Shown: one piece after another, positions 52,313 to 64,000 of the stretch
Numbering within the stretch: the first letter of the stretch is position 1
Layout: each line of letters opens with the position of its first letter
Source: the human T2T-CHM13v2.0 reference genome, Homo sapiens
Assembly: GCF_009914755.1 (NCBI RefSeq)
Contig: NC_060925.1
DNA: 64,000 nt
Strand: one strand, 5' to 3'
Program-made: the position numbers and the translations under genes
Notes under the pieces: generated by a model
Database searches by the model: none
Told to the model about the DNA's origin: nothing
The model's input: only the letters and a program-made list of their open reading frames with translations

Positions 52313-52530
52313 AGATTTCTTAATCTCAGCAGTATTGACATTTCTGGCAGGATAATTCTTTGTGGTGTGGGCATGTCTGTTCTGTGCTTTGTAGGACTGA
52401 GCCACATCCCTGGTCTCTATATGCGACATGCCAGATCACCCCTACCCGCAGTTGCAACAGTCAAAAACGTCTCTAAACATTGCCAAATGTCCGCTGGAGG
52501 GCAAAAGTGTCCCAGGTTGAGAACCACTGC
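52313..52530. mobile_element. MER20 DNA transposon
   Basis: TATTGACATTT..GGATAATTCTTTG...CATTGCCAAATGTCC..GGGCAAAA..CCCAGGTTGAGAACCACTG. Confidence 0.8.
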
Positions 52531-53694
52531 TTTAAGGATGGGTTATCTCTGAATGCAGGCACCTGAATACCACTAAACATTTTATACAGGAGAAAGTTCA
52601 AATTTCTTTGCTCCCCACAACGGCCCCCTAACATCTAGAATAATCCATGGCTCATAGTAGGTGCTCAATAAATATTTGAAAAAGAAACCCAAACCAAGGT
52701 CATTCACCCCTGTACCTTTTTCTCTAGTTCCTTCCCCTGTTCCAAAGTCCAGCTACAAGCTAGTCGAGATCACCCAAACATAACGTGCTTGCGTTTTCCA
52801 TATTTTTTCCTGTAACAGTCTCTGTCTTGAACCCTGCCCTGTACCCCAACTCATTGTCAGCATCTGGTGCAAGTGCCAGTCCTCCTGGAAAGCTCCCCTC
52901 GTCTTGCCTGAGGCTTCCTGTGGCCTCCAGACACTGTGCATATGTCTCACCCACTCTACTGAGCTTTAAGCAGAGGGAAGACAGAAAAAGAGCAGCTTCC
53001 TCACTGCAGGTGGGTGTACTAGTGCAGGACACTGAACGCCTAGAAGCAGCAAGATGAGTCACATCACAGAATCTCAGTTCTGAAGGTGGGGATACAGGGT
53101 AGAGCTGAGAATAGCACAAGTCTTCATGAGGGAAAAGTTAGGGCCCAAGACTCTGTCTTTCACTTTACACAAGCAGAATACATCCAACAGAAAACAAGTT
53201 TACACCCTGGGACAGTCAAATCTAAAACTCTGGCCTCAGGTACAGCGCAGACTGTAGGCGAGGAACCAGACTGAAAGCCGGGCAGAACTTACTGAGAGTC
53301 TGCACTACAGAGAAAAAGAAACAGTCAAGGTCTCCTGTCCCATCTATGCGTTCTTGGGGGTCAGAAACTGTTGGATTTCTAATAGGGACCGGGTACTTTG
53401 GAGGTGCCCTGTCTTCTCTTAGGCCACTTCCCCTTAGTTTTCAGTTCTGCATCACCAAAGTAACCACCCTCTCCTCCAAGGACTCCATGGAGCCAGCTGA
53501 GCATGGGGACCTGGGTCTTCGGGCAGTTATAAATGGAAGCCAATGGGACCTGCAGGAAGTCATCTAGGTTTAGATCTTGTTATGACCAAGACTGGGACTA
53601 GAGTCTATCTGTCGCATCCTCCAGTAACAACATCCGTGAGAAAGCCGGCCCAGGAAAGGCAATGCTTACCCATGCTCATGCTTCAAGTAGAATA

Positions 53695-54137
53695 GAGCTG
53701 ACCATTGCACAATATGGGTTTGAGAGGCATAGGTCCACTTAGAAGTGGCTTTTTCAATAAAAATTGCATTGAGTGTGCCTGCCTTCCCTTTCACCTCTTC
53801 AACCCTCTTTTGCCTCTGCCACCCCTGAGATAGCAACAACTCCTCCTCTTCCTCCTCAAGGTAAAGATGAGGATGAAGACCTTTATAATGATCCATTTCC
53901 ACTTAACGAACAGTAAATACACTTTCTCTTCCTTATGATTTTTCTCTAGCTTACTTTCTTATAAGAATGTGATATATAATACATTACTAATGTGTTAATT
54001 GGTTGTTTATATTATTGGTAAGGCTTCCAGTGAATGGTAGGTTATTAGTTAAGTTTTGGGGCAGACAAAAGTTATACGTGGATTTCTGACTGCACAGGGT
54101 CAGCACCCCAACCCCTGTGTTGTTCAAGGGTCAACTG
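53695..54137. mobile_element. Tigger2-derived non-autonomous element (Tigger2a-like, ~440 bp)
   Basis: Imperfect TIRs GAGCTGACCATTGCACAATA / TGTTGTTCAAGGGTCAACTG matching Tigger2 CAGTTGACCCTTGAACAACA. Confidence 0.75.
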
Positions 54138-54774
54138 TGCTTGTTAAGACTCCAAGAGTCTCTCAGTTTCAGGTCACAACCCCAAGGCAAGAATTTCTCT
54201 TCTCCATCCTCACCCTATCAGAGGTTCCATAGTTTGAAAGGAACCCAGGAAAGGCTCTCCCAAGGGACTGGGCCCTATCTGGGGCTTGGAGGTGGGGAGG
54301 TGGGAGTTAAGGTCAGGCAAAGACTGAACAAAAACCCTTCCTGTTTATTTCAAAAGTACAAAAAGAGGGATGGGTCATAGATGAGAACATGACTTACCTT
54401 CCATTCTACCTGGGTGCCAGGAGAAGAGGTATGGCAGCTGCTAGGTTATCCAAATAAATCATCGAGCTTGCTACCCCCAGCTTTAACTGACTCATTCTAT
54501 CTGGTATCTCATCACAGGAGAGTGCTCAGGGCTAGGAGTCCAACCCTCACTGGATGTTCACCTTCCTGTGGCCTGGGGTATGTGCTCAGGGAGGGGTGGT
54601 CTCTCTGCATGATGGATTGAACTGCTAATATGTATGAATCCATGGGCCCAGTGAGAGGAAGAGAAGGAAAGAAAACATCAGCTCACTGGTTTCCGGGTGA
54701 AGATACCGGCAGAGCAGACCAGGGGCACCTGCCAAACATCAACAGATCCAGATCCGTTAATAGGCACTTTAATT

Positions 54775-56995
<2,221 letters not shown>

Positions 56996-57664
56996 AAGTA
57001 AGTTGTTTCGTATCTTCATAGTCCCAGGCTGGAGACCACTGTTTTTTTTGGAATCCTATTTCTTGGACCCTGCGTTTGTAAGGCATCAGGACAGAGCCCT
57101 CAAGTCTAAGATGGCTGCTGCGGAGAGGCCTGTGAAGGCAACCTCTACTGCCCTCTCTTGGCCATCAGGCGGGAGGAGTGGTTAGACGTGCTTGATTCCT
57201 TGTGGCACTGAAGTCCTGCAGTTTCTGCCCCGGAATGCTGGGGGCAGATAAACTTTTGGCAGCTTTCATTAGAATCTCTAGAAAGCTTACTCTTCCTCGA
57301 ACTGGGCTGGAGACAAGGGGGTACACATAGGGACCCCTGTGAAGTTGAAGTACCACAGCCTGGGTGCTGAACCGGCGAAGGCGTGTCAGGGTGGTCCGCT
57401 CACACAGGAGGGAAGCAGTGCCAATCCTCCACTAGACATGCCCTGGCTGGAGGCCCTAGCAGCAGAGGCCACCCTGCCCTTTAACTTAGAAAGACATTAA
57501 AGGAAGCTGAGAAGCTTAAAGATGGCCCACTGCCTGGGCAGAATTCCACAGAGTTCCACATCGCTTGCAATATCCATTGTATTTGTAGGGGGTCAGGGAA
57601 CAGTGGAATGAGATACACACACAACTGTGGTGCGAGAGACCAGGTGTTACAGGTGCCAGGACCC

Positions 57665-57954
57665 CTAGAACTCCTCATGCTCATCCTCGCTGTCCAAAGA
57701 TTCTGTGCCTACTTCATAATCCTTCTCCAGGGCAGCCAGGTCCTCTCAGGCCCAGAGAGCTCACCTTCCTCCATGCCCCTGTCCACATAACAGTGCATAA
57801 ATGCCCGCTTGGCATACATCAGGTCAAACTTTTGGTTGAGGCGGGCCCAGGCCTCAGTGATGGCTGTGGTATTGTTTAGCACGCAGACTGCCCGCTGCAC
57901 CTTGGCTACAGCACCCCCGGGCACCACTGTGGGGGACTGGTAGTTGATGCCAAC
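57665..57954 (-). pseudogene. TUBA5P: Alpha-tubulin pseudogene exon 5 (coding part)
   Basis: TCTTAG|[52 protein letters not shown]..., frameshift ~57750, then [29 protein letters not shown]. Confidence 0.93.
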
Positions 57955-58226
57955 CTAAGAAAAAACAAAGAAGTATAAGCGCCTGGTTCTGTGTTTCCTG
58001 GAAGGGTCTGTACAGGGATCCCTGGAACTAGGGAAGGGGCATTTGTCAACTTGTAAGAAACAAAGAGGAAGATGATCACCACCACAAGGAAACAAACAAG
58101 TCTAGAATGAGGGAGCTTCTGCAAGACAAGACTAGTGCCTTCAAAGTCAGTCAAGAAAAAGGGGGCCGGATGCGGTGGCTCACGCCTGTAATCCCAGCAC
58201 TTTGGGAGGCCGAGGCGGGTGGATCA

Positions 58227-58537
<311 letters not shown>

Positions 58538-58961
58538 CTAAACCTCCTGGACCCAGGTGATCCTCCCACCTCAGCCTTCTGAGTAGCTAGAACTATAAGT
58601 ACACACTAGCAAGACTGGCTAATTTTTTAAAATATTTTGTACAGATGGAGTCTCACATTGCCCAGGCTGGTCTCAAACTCCTGGGCTCAAGCCATCCTCC
58701 CACCTCTGCCTCCCAAAGTGCTGGATTACAGGCCTGAATCACTGCACCCAGCCCAGAATATATAATACATTTTAGTGTTTCTCATCCTCAAAAAAAAAAA
58801 AAAAAAAAAAAAGTCAACTTCCCATTAGTGTCTCTAGGGACAACAAGCTGACCATGTCCTAAAGGCAGCCTATTCTTCCCTTAAGCAGCTAAAGATCTTC
58901 CTAATATGGAGGCAGAAACAGTCTGTTTCCCAGATAGCCTACCCCTCATTTCCATTTCTGA

Positions 58962-59443
<482 letters not shown>

Positions 59444-59923
59444 TAGGTCATATGCCCAGCACCCTGGGAAGGTCAACTGATAACAGGGTGGGGCATAAAT
59501 GCGTGCTTCTTCCTTATTACCGCAAAAGGAAGAGAACGCATCCAGACGCAGAACACAAGAAGCCTCTGACCTTCTGATCCGCACTTTCCCCATCATCTGA
59601 TAATGGGCCTCTCTGGCTTCTGAAAGCCTTCCCTTCTGAGCAGGAGCCTATAGCACGTGGTTATGTCCCTAGCACAAGTGACAAGGAGGCCATTCTCCCC
59701 ATGTGACTGGCAGCCCTAGGGAACGCCTTTTTACCAGGCTAAGTAAGATGAAATTGATACTTTTCCTTTCATCAAGGCAATCTTTCAAGTAGAACCCACG
59801 CTGGCTTACAGTCCAAAGGCCTGGCTTCTAGACCAGCTGAGACCTATCCAGTTAAAGGAATCCTCTAGCGGGGCACAGTGGCTCACACCTGTAACACTTT
59901 GGGAGGCCATTGTAGGTGGATCA

Positions 59924-60148
<225 letters not shown>

Positions 60149-60225
60149 TCACACCTCCTCTGCAGGAAGCTCCCGTCTTAGCAGGTACACAGGCCATGTG
60201 CTAACTGCCCTTTACCCCCACTTGC

Positions 60226-60834
60226 CTTGAAACCTGTGGGACACGTCCGCAAAACAAATATTTGCTTGGTTTTAATGGTGGCAATGGTGGCATTCTCGTC
60301 CTTGGGCACCACTTCTCCACAGTAGAGCAGGCAGCAGGCCATGTACTTGCCGTGGCGAGGGTCACACTTGGCCATCTGATTGGAGGGCTCAAAGTAGACA
60401 CTGGAGATCTCTGCCACTGAGAGCTGCTCATGGTAGGCCTTCTTAGCTGAGATAATGGGTGAGTAGGTCACCAGGGGAAAGTGGATGCGAGGGTAGGGCA
60501 CCAGATTGGTCTGGAACTCTGTGAGGTCCACGTTGAGGGCACCATCAAAACACAAGGAAGCAGTGATGGAGGACACAATCTGGCTGATGAGCCAGTTCAG
60601 GTTGGTATAGGTAGGGCGCAGGTTGTGGCAGCAGAGATCATAGATGGCCTCGTCTACCATGAAGGCAGTCTGAGTGCTCCAGGGTGGTGTGGGTGGTCAA
60701 GATAGAGTTATAGGGTTCTACAACTGTCATGGACACTTGGGGGACTGGGTAGATAGCAAATTCCAACTTGAGCCAGTGCCATCCCCAAAACTATGGAAGA
60801 TCAGGAAGCCCTGAAGCATGGTGCACTGGTCTGT
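60226..60834 (-). pseudogene. TUBA5P: Alpha-tubulin pseudogene exon 4
   Basis: CTCCAG|[22 protein letters not shown], then deletion of the GFTSLLMERLSVDYGKKS segment, then [64 protein letters not shown]|GCAAGT. Confidence 0.93.
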
Positions 60835-62319
60835 CTGGAGCAGGCAATAACATCATTAAGGATGTAGATGGCATGTCACCCGTCCCAACCCTCTTCTCCT
60901 GAGGAAGCTTCTGTGTTGAAAGCTACTATTACCTAACTATACTTGCATTCACTTCTGTATTTTAGAAAGACTTTGAAGTATAGTTTATACTTAAGTGTGT
61001 GCATCTTTTGGACATACAATGAATGATTTGACATGCGTAGACACCTATATAACCAAACCAACAGAGATACAGAAATTCCCATCACCCCGAGAAAGTTCCT
61101 TTGTGTCCTTTTGCTTCGCCTCCATAGAGGTGAAAAAAGATCACCTGTCCAGGTGTGGTGGTTCACACCTGTAATCCCAGCACTTTGGCGTACCAAAGTG
61201 CTGGGATGGCAACACCCCATCTCTACAAAAAAATACAAAAAGTATCTGGGTGTTGTGGTGTGCACCTGTAGTCCCAGCTACTCAGGAGGCTGAGGCGGGA
61301 GGACCACTTGAACCCAGGAGGTAGAGGTTGCAGTGAGCTGTGACTGCACCACTAGTGGCATTCCAGCCTAGGCGACAGAGCAACTCTCTCAAAAAAGAAA
61401 AAAAAAAAAAGATCACCTACAGGAGGTTTGGAGTTCCTAGGGAAAAGATGACTTGGAAAGGCAGTGTTGTGCATACGCAATGGTAGGGATGAGGAAGGAC
61501 GGATGATTTGCACTCAGAGAGCCAGGCCCTCTCTGTTTTGTTGCCCTGCCCCCTAGTTACAGCAGAGTGGGAGTGGTGGTGGCATCCTGTTGAACATACA
61601 GATTACCAGGCCTCACCTCAGACTGGAACCCAGGAACCTGCAGCTTTAAAAAGTACCCCATGTGATGCTGATACAGCTGTTTCTTGGGTAAGAAAATCAT
61701 CAGTCTATACCAGACACATGGTAGTGACAGTATAAAAGAAGTCTACCCCTAGGAGGTATTTTATTTTCATTCTTGAGGAAGGGAGCACAGAATCCTACTC
61801 CTCAGGTCACTTCCAAGTCCTCAGTCTCTACCGAGCAGCAGAGAGTATGTCTAGGCAATCCCCCTACAGCAACAGGGCCAAAGTCCTGGCTCACAGGCAG
61901 CCTCACTGGTGGTTCTCAATGCCTCGGATAGGGGAAGGGTGAACTGGTGAAATGGTTGAGTGCTAAACAGGAGCCCCTCCCACCTGGACAGATCTGCATA
62001 GGAGTCTAAGAACAACAAGCTGAGCTGCTGTAGAGATGGATCAAAGGTCAAAGAAGGCTTGGATCAGACAGACCTGGCAAAGTGAGGAACCATCAGGGCA
62101 GAAGCTTGAGTCCACAAACTCAAGGCAGAGCAGTTTATTCAGGCTTCCAACCCTAGATCCGTACCCAGGACAGAAAACACATATCCCCTTAGGAGAAGCT
62201 GAGTGGACTGACAGGCTGGAGGAATGATGTCAGGTACCAGCACAGGCTGTGGTTGCCTCCCAGCCAGGAAGAGGGTTAAGGATGCAACGACCTCCTGTAG
62301 GTGCCAGAGGCCTGCTCAC

Positions 62320-62468
62320 CAGTTTTCAGATTCACTCCAGCACCAAATCGATGATCTCCTTCCCCGCAGTGTAGTGGCCACGGGCACAGTTGTTGGCAGC
62401 ATCTTCCACGCCAGATATCAGCTGTTCAGGGTGGAACAGCTGCCTATAAATGTCAGTTCTTACCCCAT
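62320..62468 (-). pseudogene. TUBA5P: Alpha-tubulin pseudogene exon 3
   Basis: 149 nt (canonical length): [46 protein letters not shown]. Two TGA stops at Arg codon positions (62332-34, 62326-28). Donor CTG|GTGAGC. Confidence 0.93.
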
Positions 62469-62629
62469 CTTGAGGGGAAGAAAGGACAAAGGTAAGACAA
62501 GCTGGTTCATTCCCCAAGGGAACGCCAGACACCAGAACCTTTGCTGCTAAGCCTCCCCAGGTACAACTGCTCAACAGAGTGATGATGCACGGCATCTTCT
62601 TTTTCTTTTCTTTCTTTTTTTTTTTTTGA

Positions 62630-62752
<123 letters not shown>

Positions 62753-63554
62753 TAAGGCCAGGTCCTGCCTGGGCTTGAGACGGGGAGAGCAGGTGGCACC
62801 TTCAGTGGTCCCTTCCCTCTACAGCGACTTCATTGTGCTAGGTGAGGAATCAGAGTGGTGTTAAGGAGAATCTCACTTCACTTTCGAATAGGGTAAGAAT
62901 ACAGACTAATGTAAATTTTCACCATGGAAAAAGAAAAGAAAAAAAAAAGAATACAGACTAATGAAGAAACCCAGTGCACCATTTAACATCTAAAATAACA
63001 GCTTTAAAAAATGGAGGAGGGGTAGAATTGTCACGATTAGAAAACAGAGGAGATCCAGATGCAGAAGGGAGGAAGCAGGAAAGCCTCCGGAAGCCGGCAA
63101 CAGCCAAGTTCACATAGGCCCACATCCTACGTGGGGGGGGCCTATTTCAGTTAAGGCTAAGCAGGAGGCCAGTATGAATGTTCTTGGCTCCCTGCTTCTT
63201 ACGCAATGGGCCACCCTCAAGAGTCTGAGGACAGGGAAAAGCAAGTTTTAAATTTCTGCTTTTACATCTGCTCCTTTCTGCAGTCTGCGTTCTAGGCCTG
63301 ATCCCTGACTCCTATCTGGCAGTTTCCTGGCAGAGTTGTGCGAATGATCTTCCTCTCAATATAGGAAGCCCCCAGGACCTCTTCTGAGGACAGAGTCTAG
63401 ACAAAAGCAATAGACTTCAGACTTCAATGCTGTTCATGGCAGGGGACTGCTTCCATCTCAAGTATTTTCCCCTTAAGCAGAGCTCCCATCTGACATTGGC
63501 GCTAGCAAAAACTATGGCCTGGGGGAAGGAGCCCCCACTCCTCCGTCCACTCAC

Positions 63555-63775
63555 CTATGACAGCAGGCTCCAGGTCCACAGACAGCCCAGGACACATGCC
63601 TGCCAGGCTGGGTCTCCCTGAAGAAGGTGTTGAAGGAGTTATCACTGCTCCCCAGGGCCTTGTGGCTGGGCATGGTGCCACTGGGCTGGATGTCGTGCTC
63701 CAGGCAGTACAGCTCCCAGCAGGCATTGCCCATCTGCACTCCGGCCTGGCCCACATGGATGGAGATGCACTCACA
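63555..63775 (-). pseudogene. TUBA5P: Alpha-tubulin pseudogene exon 2
   Basis: CACAG|TGT GAG TGC ATC: [31 protein letters not shown]...FNTFF...VDLEPAVI. 221 nt versus canonical 223 (2-nt deletion). Donor G|GTGAGT. Confidence 0.93.
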
Positions 63776-64000
63776 CTGTGAGGGTGAGCAGAGGAATATG
63801 CCAGGGCATGAGTGGTGTGGAGTGAAAAGGTGGGGACTTGAAAAGCCTTCCCTGGGAGCACCCCTTGTCTTTCCTCCCTAAAGGCTGAAGCTTAGTGTTA
63901 CCTAGTCCAAAGTTCAGACGACTGGCCGGGTGCAGTGGCTCATACCTATAATCCCAGCACTCTGGGAGGCCACGGCAGGCAGATCACCTGAGGTCAGGAG

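Overview
Primate (human or great-ape-like) Alu-dense DNA matching the 1q32.1 KDM5B 5' region, identified from recalled protein sequences and gene order, not a database search. Left to right: (1) KDM5B intron 1 (gene on the minus strand) with an antisense processed SLC25A39 pseudogene (~560-2150); (2) KDM5B coding exon 1 (12761-12964, minus) in a CpG island; (3) a second CpG island with the divergent lncRNA PCAT6; (4) a three-exon, nearly intact MGAT4-family pseudogene (MGAT4EP, 27942-30972, two +1 frameshifts); (5) a repeat-rich spacer; (6) exons 2-5 of an intron-containing alpha-tubulin pseudogene (TUBA5P-like, minus, 57665-63775) with a TUBA8-type C-terminal Phe. Most ORF-track entries are Alu or GC-rich artefacts. 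The least-explained signal is a set of locally templated template-switch scars inside Alus: a 78-bp copy of the MGAT4EP exon, a ~455-bp inverted duplication, a ~38-bp inverted copy of nearby L2-like DNA, and fold-back palindromes. I see no evidence for a new intact protein-coding system.
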